Assembly: GCF_006345805.1 (NCBI RefSeq)
Contig: NC_043012.1
Location: 14,322,001 to 14,386,000, forward strand
DNA from: Octopus sinensis
Taxonomy: Eukaryota
Reading direction: 5' to 3'
DNA length: 64,000 bases
In this document: positions 51,005 through 64,000 of the stretch, piece after piece
How the letters are laid out: every line of letters starts with the position of its first letter
How positions within the stretch are numbered: the first letter of the stretch is position 1
Made by a program: the position numbers and the translations under genes
The notes under the pieces: model-generated
The model's input: the letters and a program-made list of their open reading frames with translations, nothing else
Databases searched by the model: none
What the model was told of the DNA's origin: nothing

Positions 51005-51900
51005 AGACATCTCTAGGAGAACAGGGGCTTTCAGTGAAGCTATGTTACTGTGAGGATGTCGCGTAGTCAACCTTTCAACAACGCTCCAAACGTAGATGTG
51101 CAAGTCCATAGGATTTAAATCTGATGTGTTTGAAGGCCGTAAGTGTGGTTTACATTATCGTAAAGGTTGCCAGATATTCATTCCTGAGTTACGTCGGTTG
51201 TGTTAGAAACACGGTCTTGCTTTCCACTCTATAGTTTATACATTTAGGGCTTATCAATTTATCGCATCACCTCAACATATCTAGCAATATTAATTCTAAG
51301 GACCCTCAGAAAGATGTGAGATGGCATGACATGGCTGTCGTTACTCAACATTCCTACAACCATCAGTTTCTGGAACCCAGTGTGCATTCTTCTGGGAACA
51401 ACAGCAAGATCTTCACATAACCATCTGTCATTTGACCTGTTAGACTTTTGATCTTGGGCGAAGCATTTTTTGTTTTTTCAGAGAACAATTAAAGCTTTCC
51501 ATATCTGTCAAAGATTTTAGATTTATTAAATAACTGTTTGGCATTTCTCAAACAATTTTCCTGTGTTTTTTCAGACATGACATGGCCTTTTCTCATCGTA
51601 TACAACTTACTTGTACTGGATGTCCTCGGACACTGAAATTCTGATAGTCTACTCCGACACCTGAAATTTCTTGGCGATTCCCCTTACTAATTTTCCGGGC
51701 TCACCAACTTTTGCAGCCACTGGATGCATCACAATGTCTCAATAGTGTCCGAAAGTTTAATTAGTGTTTTTCTATTTGAAAAAGTTGAAACATTCCTAAC
51801 AGATGCTTCTAATTCCATCTGAAATATGTGTTTTAAAAAATCTTGAAACATTTGGAGAGTTCTGTGTTCCGCACGAACGGCAAAGATAATTATACACATT
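51005..51900 (-). pseudogene. Decayed maT/DD37D-like Tc1-mariner transposase
   Basis: YTMRKGHVMSEKTQENCL...FAQDQKSNRSNDRWLCED...LMVVGMLSNDSHVMPSHIF...SDLNPMD...VWSVVER. Confidence 0.75.
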
Positions 51901-52499
51901 TTTCTTTTTCTTTTTTATTTATTTTATTTATTTTTTTGCGCTAACGTTTTATCAGCCAGGTGTGGTCTAGAAGAAATAAAAACGTTTTAATCGGTTTGAA
52001 GACAGTAATATACTTATAATTAAGTATCCTCAAACACCTCTCGCATCTTCTATTTCAAAGAAGCACAGTGTAAATTGTTTGATACCACTGATTTATTGTT
52101 TTCTCGAGTAAAACTAGCTGAATCAGTTGGAACGGGCGAAAACTTCTGTCTGAATGATCTTGGATTGGATTCGATAACCTATGTTCAGTCCTTTACAGGA
52201 CGAAGGCTTCAGCATATTCTCTCCACCAACCATGGTCCGATGTGGAGGCCGTGACTTTGAGCTTGAGACCATAAAGATTTCATGGGCCTATTTTGCCACA
52301 CTGGCTAGACATGATTTGACAAAGGGATAGAGATTTTATATCAAATGTAGTTGACCCCGAAATGATGAAAGAAAATGTCGACGTTAGCGGGATTTGAACT
52401 CAGAACGTAAAGACGGGCGAAATACCGCTGAGCATTTTTCAACGATTGCCTCCTTCAATCGGTCTGATTAGAAACAATAATTACCTGGATTCATTATTT

Positions 52500-53090
52500 A
52501 ATTTACAGAAGGGCGTCGTAATAAACTATGTATTTTTCATCCCACCTGATAGAGAGCATCGCTTTCTTGGAACACTAACTCGCTTTTGGATAGATTAAAG
52601 TTGATTCATTCCAATTTATCCAGGCCCTTTCTCGCTCTGCAATATATTTTTATCGCCTGTATTGGTTCTTTTAAAAATGGATCGGTTTTGTTGCGTTTGA
52701 GCAGGGAATCACATATGAAAATGCGGTTCATTAAATTTTTTCCATTAAATTATATGGCACCCTAACATAGCGATCACGCATCCAAGTGTTTCTAAATTCC
52801 TTGTAACGCTCGTATGAAATGCGTAGAGTATCTATGCGATATCTTGTGTAGTATGATTGGGATTATTATTTTTCCTAAGTATTTCGACTTGGCCATCATC
52901 AATGCCTGTAGGCCTGCTGGAATGTTCGCGATCTTCCAGATCACAAATTTTATTCTTAAACCTAGCGAACCGCTTCCGAACGGTCCTCTCAGCTATGACA
53001 ACACCTCCATAAATTGGTCCTTTTTTTTTTCTTTTGCTTGCTCAGCGTTTTTTTGTTTCCGATAATGAAACAGCAGCAAATTATGAAAAT
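52500..53090 (-). pseudogene. Decayed mariner (DD34D-type) transposase, N-terminal half
   Basis: IYGGVVIAERTVRKRFARFK...DLEDREHSGRP...NLMNRIFICDSLLKRNKTDPFLK. Confidence 0.8.
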
Positions 53091-53299
53091 ATATCTCGTT
53101 TTACCCCATTTTCAATTTTAACAAAAGAAAAATAGAAACAAACCATCCACACAGGAGAAAGACTTACTGAAATCTGTTTAAACGCTACAAATAGAAAAGC
53201 GGAACGAACTTGTATATATATGTGTAAAGGCATATATATGTACTTTGTACACATGGGTTATATATGTATTATGTGTGTGTATATATGTGTATGTGTGTA

Positions 53300-53537
53300 G
53301 AGTAATCCCTCACCATATCGCAGTTCACCTATCACGGTTCATTTATCGCGGTTTATTATTTAATCTTAAGTCTTTTTCCCCGTGGTGTCGTTTTGTAATT
53401 ATAATAAAATAAATATATACAAATTATAAAAATAATAATAAAAAATATACAGTACAGTACTATTTCTACTTCGCGGATTTTCACCTATCACATGGGGTTT
53501 TTGAAACATAACACCCGCGATAGTCGAGAGATTACAC
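53300..53537. mobile_element. Pogo/Tigger-like MITE
   Basis: Imperfect TIRs GTAATCCCTCACCATATCGC and CGCGATAGTCGAGAGATTAC. Confidence 0.55.
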
Positions 53538-55780
53538 TATGTGTATAATTTATATATATATATATACTTTTATTCTTTCACATGTTTCAGCCATTTGACT
53601 GCAGTCATGCTGTAGCACTGCCTTAAGTGGTTTTAGTCGAACAAATCGACTCAGGGCCTATTCTTTGTAAGCCTAGTGCTTATGCTATCGGTCTCTTTTG
53701 CCAGACCGCTAAGTTACGAGGACGTAAAATCACCTACATCAGTTGTCTAGCGATGGTGGGGAGTGAACCAGACACAAAATCACACATATACGACGGACTG
53801 CTCTCAGTTTCTATCTACTAAATCCACTCAGAAGACTTCGGTCAGCACATGGCTATAGTAAAAAACACTTGCTCAAGGTGTCACGCAGTGGGACTGAGTC
53901 CAGAACCATGCGGTTGGGAAGCAGGCTCCTCCCTACACACCCATATAAATTATATGTGAAAACATTGGCGTGTAGATAACAGGCTCTTTCGCAACTATAT
54001 TGTCTCAGGCTCCATCCTAATGCGAGATACGTTATCAAGAATCTTTTACTGCAGCCTTTGCAGAAACCCAATGCACATGTATATACACATGCGTTTGTGT
54101 TTATCTTCACACGATGTGCTTTTTATCAAACGTCGATAAAACCCCTGTAATTCTCAAAAAGGTCTGGGTTGAAAATCATCCCATGACGTTGAGTCCTGGC
54201 ATGGCCGCAGTCCAATGACTGAGACCAGCAGAAGAATAATAAATTATACTTTATAAATTTTTTTTTTTTTAGTTTTCAACTGTTTTAGTTAAGTTGTATA
54301 TTTTAGTAAACAGTTGGTTTTCTCGCATCTGTCTCTGGAAATTTTATTTAATATAAGAATCTGTATAGTGTATCCAGTATTAAATTGAAGATTCGCTAAC
54401 AAATAGTAGTCCTTTGGAAACTGTTTCCATTAATTGAAGTGTTCCTATAATACACTTACAGAGTTAGTAAATGTGGGTTTTGCAAAAGGCCTGAAATTTT
54501 GGGAGAGGGGGGGAGATAGTCGATTACATCGACCTCAATGTTCAACTGGTACTTATTTCGTCGACCTTGAAAGGATGAAGGACAAAGTTAACCACAGGGA
54601 AATCTGAGCTCAGAAGCTAAAGGCGGTTAAAATACTGATTTCATATTCTGTAAAGGTAAAGGCGGTTAAAATACTGATTTCACAAGGCCAGCAATTTCGA
54701 GAGAGGCGTAAAGCCGGTTGAAATATCGCTAAGCATTTTGCCTGACGTACTAAAGATTTTGCCAGATCGCCACCTTAACCACGAAACCGACATCAGCAGC
54801 AATTATGTCACATGAATTACTAGTTTAAAATAATGATAACTAACCGGGATTCAATTGGTGACAAGAGTATTGGTGGGTGTGGAAAAAAATCTCTTTATTT
54901 TTACTTTTTGATAACTGTGATTACTGATAGCATACAACTATCTTTATAAAAATATATATATCACATGGAAATACCATGAAAACAGAAACTTGCGCAGTAC
55001 TAGGATATAAAAATAACCTGTCTCATAATGGTTATTAATTATTGCTTTGATTGGGTTTTTTTGTATAGAAAATAATGTTTGCGGAATAGTTGGGTGTTTT
55101 ATCTATTGAAAAGAAGGTCGAATCATTTTAATGTTATTTTACTGCATCTGCGTTCAAATCATTCTTGTCCTCCTTATTCGAATTTATGAGTAACTGAAAA
55201 TGTGTGGTAAGGATCATTTCACGATAAACGTTCTTTTTCTCATACGATTTATATGCAAATATGGATTAGATGCCTAATTTCTAGCGATCAGTTACAATTC
55301 ATACTGACTGACGTGTGGTGGTAGCAGAAACGGTTAAGTTTCTCCTCTAAATTACGCGTGTTATTTTTGTTCTCACGTTTTCGGATTCAGATAAATCCTA
55401 CTTGGATTGATTTTGGCTTTTTATCCTAGTGAATTGGTATTGGAATCGATCAAATAACTATACACCGCCATTCTGAATTCTTAATTTCATTCCAAATTCT
55501 GTACTTAAGAGGTATATTTTGTGGTGTTGATGTCACCTTTAATTATGAATTGTACTTTAACACTTCATGTGTATGTTGATGGCAAGCAGATATCAAACAT
55601 TTTGAAGTGCAGGATTTTGAAAACCAAGCAAATAGGAAAATCTCATATAGTTAATGCTAATGACTCTCCGACGGCTTTCAAAAGGAGTATTCATTTTTGT
55701 GGTCAACTGAATTACTTGCTCCTGCACAAACGTTGATGTGAGTGAGCAGTTACCCTAACGTGTACACTTACCATAATACC

Positions 55781-56189
55781 TATTTCTTTACTGCCCACAA
55801 GGTGCTACACACAGAGAGGACAGACAAACGGATTGTCGATTATATCGACTCCAGTGCGTAACTGATACTTATTTAATCGACCTCGAAAGTATGGAAGGCA
55901 AAGTTGCCCTCGGCGGAATTTGAACTCAGAACGTAGCGGCAGACGAAATACCTATTTCTATTTCTTTACTACCCACAAGGGGCTAAACACAGAGAGGACA
56001 AAAAGGACAGACAAACGGATTAAGTCGATTATATCGACCCCAGTGCGTAACTGGTACTTAATTTATCGACCCCGAAATGATGAAAGGCAAAGTCGACCTC
56101 GGCGGAATTTTGAACTCAGAACATAACAGCAGATGAAATACCGCTAAGCATTTCGCCCGGCGTGCTAACATTTCTGCCAGCTTGCCGCC
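55781..56189 (-). mobile_element. SINE family 2, head plus two body units
   Basis: Head at 56189. Unit junction at about 55955. The first bases of a third unit appear at about 55775-55781. Confidence 0.85.
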
Positions 56190-57209
56190 TTCCCTTACCA
56201 TAATACCATAATGCTTAAACAGTGTCAGTGTAATACAATGTGTTACATACTTGTATATTTTGAATTACAACGACAATCCATCCGCCATGCTTATGTACAT
56301 TTTCCTTCTTCCCATTTTCTCTAACAATGTTACGAATCGACACGTACTATACATGCCACGCAGTGGAATCAAACCAGGAGCTCGTGGTAGCCAACCATTT
56401 TCTAAAGCATTGGGCAAAACATCAGTATAAGATGAAAACCTTCACAATCACGCAAGTTCGTGAGAGATTAATTCTGCATGTAACGAATGAATATTCTTTT
56501 GAAAAGAATTATTTGGTTTAAAATTTTTGATATTTTGCCTTATTATTTACTCTTTCACTTTAGTCGAGAAAATCGAACCCAGGTACGACCGGTCTCTTTT
56601 ACCGAGCCGCTAAGTTACGGGAACGTAAACAAACCAGCATCGGTTGACAAGCGATTTTGGGAGGACAAGCACAGACACACAAACACACACACATATATAT
56701 ATACATATACATATATACGACGGGCTTCTTTCAGTTTCCGTCTACCAAATCCACTCACAAGGCTTTGGTCGGCCCGAGGCTATAGTAGAAGACACTTGGC
56801 CAAGGTGCCATGCAGTGGGATTGAATCCGGAACCATGTGGTTGGTAAGCAAGCTACTTACAAACACAGCCTATACACAGCCACTCCTAGGTTAAAATGTT
56901 CATGTTTTGCTTTATTCGGACACCTGATATAATTTGTTCTCGACATAAAATATTTAAAAGATACATGTTACAAGATTATGTTAGTACATTAGCTCTAATG
57001 TTCAATTGCAACTGCCTGGTGCCAGCTAAGTAATTAAGATTTAAGTTTATTTGATAAATATATATACAACATAGATATTATGTGAACAAATGTTGTCTTT
57101 TCTCAAAACGTTTGGTACCCTAATGTATCATCCACCGACAACTCAAAGAGAATTCCATATGAATGAATATTTTATAAGTTCATATAAATGAGTATTTAAA
57201 AATTATATA

Positions 57210-57480
57210 TCTATTATATAAAATCCGTTCTGTCTGTCTGTCTGTGTGTCTTCTAAGCTCTCGGGCATCCTCCATCCGATTGCGCTCAAATTTGATATGT
57301 ACATACCGACGGTATCAGGGTGTATATAAGTCTTGAAAAAATTACAAAAATCGATTCCAGGTGAAAATGCGATCGATAAAGCCGTGGGAACGTGCATTTG
57401 TACGCACAAGTACATCAGCTGTTGCGATCGATACTACGCGTACACGTGCATTTTTCACGTGCCGTTTGCGCAAAAAAAAG
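57210..57480 (+). mobile_element. Probable non-autonomous Helitron/Helentron 5' part; a similar type of 5' end at about 19523
   Basis: A|TCTATTATATAAAATCC terminus followed by a (TCTG)n tract. Confidence 0.45.
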
Positions 57481-57861
57481 CCGGCTGGATTGAAATAATG
57501 CCACAAAATGCAGTATATTTAAGAGACCAAAAAAGTAAGATGCAAAAGAGATATTTTCTTCAAACGTTTCTTTCTTGCCAAGCTTACTGTTTAAACCATG
57601 TTTGTGTTCTCCCAGTGAACAGCCTTATCATTACTGGTACTTTAAACTCTTCGGTTGCATATTTTTCTGAATAAAATCGTTTTTCTTTGGAATAGAAAAA
57701 AAGTCTATCTTTATTTCTTCTTTTACTGGTGTCTCAAATATAGGTTAAATCATTGTTTCTCAAAGGGGAGGCCCATGACGGTTGGACAAGTTGTTTTGAG
57801 AAAATTTGGTTTAAAAGTTTGACAAATAAGCACCGTCCATTGGACGGGGGCGTTTTGCTCG

Positions 57862-57912
<51 letters not shown>

Positions 57913-59633
57913 TATATATAATTTTCCTTTATCTAATTTAAATACTTTAACTAAGCGAATTAACTGAATTTCATAGTTTACTAAAAACCTACTTAGTTAA
58001 ACTGAAGCTTATGAAGTATGTGATAAATGTTAATTCTATAATTTCCCTATATTAAATATATTCACTCTGCTAATATGAGCAAGATTTGTTTGTAAAGTCT
58101 CTCAGTTGCATATTGTTGAAGTAAACTCAATTTTTTATTACTAGAAGTTTATTATATAGTTATCCATTCGAATTAGAAGCCAAATATCTCAGAACAAAAA
58201 TTTAGAAGAATGAGAGAGAAGTCAAATTTCTTCGCTAAAATATAATTACGTAAAACAGGTTTTGAACACCATGGCCACGATGTAAAAGCTTTTCCCCTTG
58301 TAACCATTGGATTTCTCCTTTCCGCTTCAAATGATATAATGCAATTTACACGTGAAAAACATATTGGAATAAATATAATACATAACTCTTTGATGCCAAC
58401 TCGTTCTATTAAATCTTGTTTTACTAAATCTTTGTTCTACTAAAATCTTTCAAGGTGGTCTTCCAGCATGGCCACAGTCCAATGACTGATGCAACTAAGA
58501 GATAAAAGTCGGGGGATGGATAAATCGTAGTGCTGGAGGAAATATCACCACGTTCGAATGAAGAGCAATGAATGTATATCAAATTCAAAGTGTATGAGGC
58601 CGTGTGTAAAAATATGATGTCGTATGGTTTCGAAACATGTTCAGAGAATGAGGGAAAATTTATGATTTTGATTTGCCATGATTGAATAGACTTCCTTTTG
58701 ACATGAAGCATTTTAGTGATCAAGATATTAACTTTATAGCCGAACTTGTCTAATACTTATTTAAACATTGACAGGGTTGTAATTTTGTACTTGTCTGTTC
58801 TTTTATATGTGCACGCGTTTTGTGAGCGTGAGTCTGTCTGTATGTCCCATCTTGTATATCAAATTCCATTATCTAAAAATAGGTTGAATGCTGATACAAC
58901 ATATTGTTTGTTGTTAGAAAAGAACATTAAAGATGTTTCTAAGCTTCAAAGGTGAAATCAGCTATGAAAATAGTCTGAAAGGATATATAATAAAAATATA
59001 TAAAAATGGTTTCTTTCAATTCCTAACGACGTATTATAGAACAAAATATGGCTTTCTTATATCTTCCTTCCTTTCTTTCTTCTGGTATTTGGAAAGACTT
59101 ACCCTATTGAAACCCTGATGTACTGTTAACTGTCATTCAAAATGTGAACATTTTTTATTAAACAAAAAACTCCAGATATTATCTATTATTCATGAAGTAA
59201 TGAGCATACGTACCAGTTCGTGTGTGTATGAGTGTGCGTTTTTGGAGAGTAAAAGATTTTATTTGTAACTTTTAGAGTTGTCATTTACTATCTCTGAATA
59301 TTTTACAGCAGCTGCGATATATTTCAAAGGTGTTATTTTAGATTAGTTTTCTTTTTATTTACTTCTCATATATTATTATCATCATTATTATTATTACTAT
59401 CGTCGTCGTCACTATCATCTTCAGCATTTTCAGTTATAACGCTCATCGTTTTCATCATCATCATCACCATCATTGTCATCAGCTTCATGAAAGTAACATC
59501 ATCAAAGATGTAAGATATTGTATGGCGATTGTAGTATCTCTTGTCAGTTTGTGCTCGTGTAAATGTATATAGGAAGAGATAGGTATATAAAAGGGAAAAC
59601 AGATATAGATAGATAGATAGATAGATAGATAGG

Positions 59634-59681
<48 letters not shown>

Positions 59682-59697
59682 TAGATAGATAGATAGG

Positions 59698-59738
<41 letters not shown>

Positions 59739-59790
59739 GGATAGACAGTCAGATAGATAGATGGATAGACAGTCAGATGGATAGACAGTC

Positions 59791-59823
<33 letters not shown>

Positions 59824-60208
59824 CCTTCTTTTCCTTACTTCAGTCATTGTATTGAGGCCGAGTCTTATAAATATAGACCAGTTTTCTTCCACCAAATTCA
59901 CTCGAGATTATGGTTTCGGTTTGTATCATGCATGACTGCATGTAAGTACGTATCTGTGAGTACGCAAATGTAGGGCAGTGTGAATGGGTGTATGTTTATC
60001 ACTGTAAGTTTCTTTACAGAAAGAACATATACAATCGAGACGAAGAATTCGCTGTTTGAAGTCAAACTGTTTTGTATTCAGTTATTGCAGTTCTATGTTT
60101 AAGAGATGGGGAATTATGTACATTATTTACATTATTTACAATTGACGGATATTTGTCCTCATCTTGTTTGTTGTTAACACAACGAACCCAGGTTCGAAGT
60201 TTCCCCGA

Positions 60209-60254
60209 GACACCTGATGAAAGCTGGAGGGTATATCAACCGAAACGTTGTGTT
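60209..60254 (+). ncRNA. Minimal type I hammerhead ribozyme motif in a Penelope-type pseudo-LTR fragment (about 60130-60310)
   Basis: GACAC-CTGATGA-stem II-GAAAC-GTT-GTGTT. Stem I is GACAC/GTGTT and stem III is the palindrome AACGTT. Stem II has two mismatches in this copy. Confidence 0.6.
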
Positions 60255-60348
60255 AACAACAGCGATGAGGACAAATATCCGTCAATTGTTAATAATGTAA
60301 ATAATGTATTCAGTCATTGTTATGCAGTCAGAACCATCCGCGCTTTCG

Positions 60349-60402
<54 letters not shown>

Positions 60403-60470
60403 ATCTCTCTCTCTCTCTCTTTCTCTGGGTAAGACTGTTTATATATTGGTTAATATCGCATAAATTAAAA

Positions 60471-60697
60471 GGCGGTGAGCTGGCAGAAACGTTAGCACGC
60501 CGGGCGAAATGCGTAGCCGTATTTCGTCTGCCGTTACCTTCTGAGTTCAAATTCCGCCGAGGTCGATTTTGCCTTTCGTCCTTTCGGGGTCGATAAATTA
60601 AGTACCAGTTACGCACTGTTTGTCCCCTCTCTGTTTAACCCGTTGTGGGTAGTAAAGAAATAGGTATTTCGTCTGCCGTTATGTTCTGAGTTCAAAA
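60471..60697 (+). mobile_element. SINE family 2, head plus a deleted unit plus the start of a second unit
   Basis: Junction GAAATAG|GTATTTCGTC at about 60657-60671. Confidence 0.8.
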
Positions 60698-60893
60698 AAT
60701 GTCCAATGATGTGCCTGGGTCGGGTGACCATCATTACATCTTTTTGTTTATTAATCATACATCTGCACATTCGATTTTTTCTCTTTTCGGTCCCACATGT
60801 AATATCCTGCATCGTCCACTCTGTGTTGAGCCCTGTGTGGCCAATACAAGAAATAGTACGTAAAAATATATAAAAGACAATCAGTATTACATA

Positions 60894-61314
60894 TATTTCT
60901 TTATTGCCCACAAGGGGCTAAATATAGAGGGGACAAACAAGGACAGACAAAGGGATTAAGTCGATTACATCGACTCCAGTGCGTAACTGGTACTTATTAA
61001 ATCGACCCCGAACGGATGAAAGGCAAAGCCGACCTCGGCGGAATTTGAACTCAGAACGTAACGACAGACGAAATACTTATTTCTATTTCTTTATTACCCA
61101 CGAGGGACTAAACACAGAGGGGACAAACAAGGACAGGCAAAGGGATTAAGTCGATTACATCGACACCAGTACGTAACTGGTACTTAATTTATCGACCCCT
61201 AAAGGATGAACGGCAAAGTCGACCTCGGCGGAATTTGAACTCAGAACGTAGCGGCAGACGAAATACCGGTAGGCATTTCGCCCGGCGTGCTAGCGTTTCT
61301 GCCAGCTCGCCGCC
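60894..61314 (-). mobile_element. SINE family 2, head plus two complete body units
   Basis: Head at 61314 and unit junction at about 61077. Confidence 0.9.
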
Positions 61315-62420
61315 GCCCTTTCAGTATTATATAATACATCCCATATTATCACAATCATTGTCATCATCTTCATAAAAGTATAAAAGTATTATTCAGTCTT
61401 TCTCAAAATTAGTTTCCGGATTAATAAGTTTTTTAGAAGCCCTTAGCTCTAGGAACACATCTAGATCAAAATAGGATGCTTCGTTTGTTGAAAATTAATA
61501 TTTCTTTTTATGGATTGCAACCTTCAAACTGCTTTTTAAGTAGTCTGAAGGGCATAGAAATATATTTCGAAAGACATTCTGATAATGATATCAATTCCGG
61601 AATGTGTCTATTGTAAATCAAATCGTCTCTGGAAATTTTATATATAATGATTCGAAAAGCTTGCTTGATCAAAATGAATTCGTTATCTTTTTCAGTATAT
61701 CCACATACATTCCACGGTTAGTGACGAAAAGCATAACCTTGTATTTAATCACTCAAACTCAGCACGTTTCATACAAAAAATCATCTGTCGTGGCTTGCTT
61801 TGAATCCTCAATACTGATAATTAGCAACATATCTAATCTATTAAAACCACTTCATATATACTATATAGAGATATTCGTTATGACCTCTGAAATAAACTTT
61901 CTCCAACAAATTATTCATGAAGTAAATCTTTGTAATAATGAAACAAAATATATCATAAATATCTCATAAATATCAATTTTACTGTTCTTTTGAATAATAA
62001 GTTAGCTAAGAGGCGTTTTCAAATTAAGAAACTATGTATAAATGTATGTATTTTAATTTTACCTTATCTTGAAGAAGAAACCTGTTTGTTTTGTGAGTCA
62101 CAGATAATTTAGACCTTCAGAGCGAGAAGGAAACTGGGAGTTATAATTTAATGAAAATATCTCACTGATAAGAGAAGGAAGAAATCTAATTTGGCTTTGT
62201 ATCTAAAGAAATACCCTTATTAAGAAAATTAAACGGCATATTTATTTTCATTAATTTATATGAGAATGTAAGATCAAAGACTACACTAACTTGTGTTACG
62301 AGCGTACTTTTCACAGTGAGGGAAAATGAAGGAACTTGTTTTAGGTGAATAGAAATAATATTAAGGATATCGCTGAAAAGAAGTAGTAGCACTAGTACAT
62401 ATATATATATATATATACAA

Positions 62421-62451
<31 letters not shown>

Positions 62452-62774
62452 AGAGAGGATTTTATGCATGTTTTATATATATACATATACATATAATATT
62501 AATTAGAGACAAAACCACTATTATGCAAATCAAACAAAGAAAGACTTAATCCAATACATAAAAAATTTTATATAAATTAAATAAAATTAAGTTATCCACT
62601 ACAATTGTTTCCTGTCAAGGAGATTCATCAGGTGGTTTCAAGACCTTCTATTCAATTTTTAATTATGAAGTCTCTAATTAATATTATATTATATTTTACT
62701 ATAAAATTGGATTCAATCCTAAATCTGATTTTTTCCCTGTAAATTTTGGATTTATTCCCTAATATTTATTATAC

Positions 62775-62833
<59 letters not shown>

Positions 62834-63351
62834 GTCATCTACTCCACTTCGTGTCCGAGTATTTCTTTCTTCGGTGTGGTAATGCCGGAGGCGTAGATTT
62901 GATTGGGGGGTGAACAATTTGAAATGTGGCACATTTGAAATATGACATCGATGATTAGTGAATGAAACTATAACAGACTGACATCAATCCAGGTGTGCTT
63001 CAGTTGCACCTTCAAAGCCTTTCTGTCTGTCTGATATCAGCCTATTTTGCTACGTCAGCAGATGAAATTATATGGTTCGTCCCCTTGTCCTGCTGATGGA
63101 GATTTCACCTATTTTGTACGTGGTATGCACCTTTAGATCCGCCCGTATCACTAGTTATATGTTCTTCTCGTGAAGATTTTAGTTACGACAGTCTTACTAA
63201 TAAATCAAATGTTCAATTCATAACCTGTATATAAATGACCACCTAGGACGTGAAATCCTGTGAAATTAGAGGTTATATACAACGCGCTCCACAATGAAGG
63301 GTACCAACTACACACGACCTTATAATCCATAATGTGTGTGTATGTGTGTGT

Positions 63352-63417
<66 letters not shown>

Positions 63418-63772
63418 GGTCGTTTGTATCTATGTCGAATAATAATTTTACATTAAACTGAAAGATTACCGAATGCTTTTTGTAGAATACATATTTTTTT
63501 TTCTTTTTCAAGAATAATGTTGACAGTGAGTTCAATGTCTCGGCCGGTTTAGCCTTCCTCGGGCATTATTGCATTTAAGTCCAACTTGGCTTTTTTTAGA
63601 TTTCAAATAACATCAGCAACAATTAAACCTAGTTACACATATTGTGACTAAGTGAACTTTTACTTACCTTCATTTATTTGTAAACCATGAAATCAACCTT
63701 ATGACCTAAATCGGACATCTAAACATACTCATTTGATTACGCAGTTTTACACACTACCTATCTATCTATCAG

Positions 63773-63853
<81 letters not shown>

Positions 63854-64000
63854 TAGAATCTACTGCTACTACAGCCAGAATAGAAAAACCACTACTACAC
63901 CCACATAAAACACCCTACCGTTACTATTCTCAAGGCAACTGTAGATTTGGCCCCAGCGGCACCAACAACAATGGACGCTGTGCTTTTTTTCCATCCTACC

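Noticed and set aside
55781-61314. CRISPR-like or bacterial repeat arrays
   Set aside because: The repeats are SINE units with no unique spacers, and the context is eukaryotic intron.
34349-64000. Search for the next cadherin exon (candidates near 43000 and 55600)
   Set aside because: The cadherin-like words there are interrupted by stops or lack usable splice sites. The next exon is probably outside the window, or I missed it.

Overview
AT-rich eukaryotic (animal) genomic DNA, very dense in microsatellites and transposon remnants. The repeat families, TTAGGG arrays and intron style suggest an octopus or other coleoid cephalopod; this is my inference, not a database result. The only host gene I can support is five small, widely spaced, in-frame + strand exons (3859-3993, 5720-5848, 19976-20066, 26290-26435, 34169-34348) encoding about 227 aa of extracellular cadherin repeats from a multi-exon cadherin-related gene. 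Its start and end lie outside the window. I found no further exon in the last 29.6 kb. The rest is intron, holding: at least three tRNA-derived SINE families; fragments of R4/Dong, Tx1/L1, CR1-like, RTE and Penelope-like retroelements; decayed mariner and maT transposases; non-autonomous Helitrons; a MITE family with GG...CC TIRs, 8-bp TSDs and internal telomeric repeats; a 1.8-kb tandem duplication; and several local inverted or templated duplications. Almost all ORFs in the supplied track are microsatellite or transposon artefacts. Best leads: the Merlin-like telomeric-repeat MITEs bracketing a cadherin exon, a head-plus-multimer SINE, a SINE/LINE shared 3' hairpin with compensatory changes, recurrent A-B-A'-B' template-switch scars, and an RGD loop in the cadherin.
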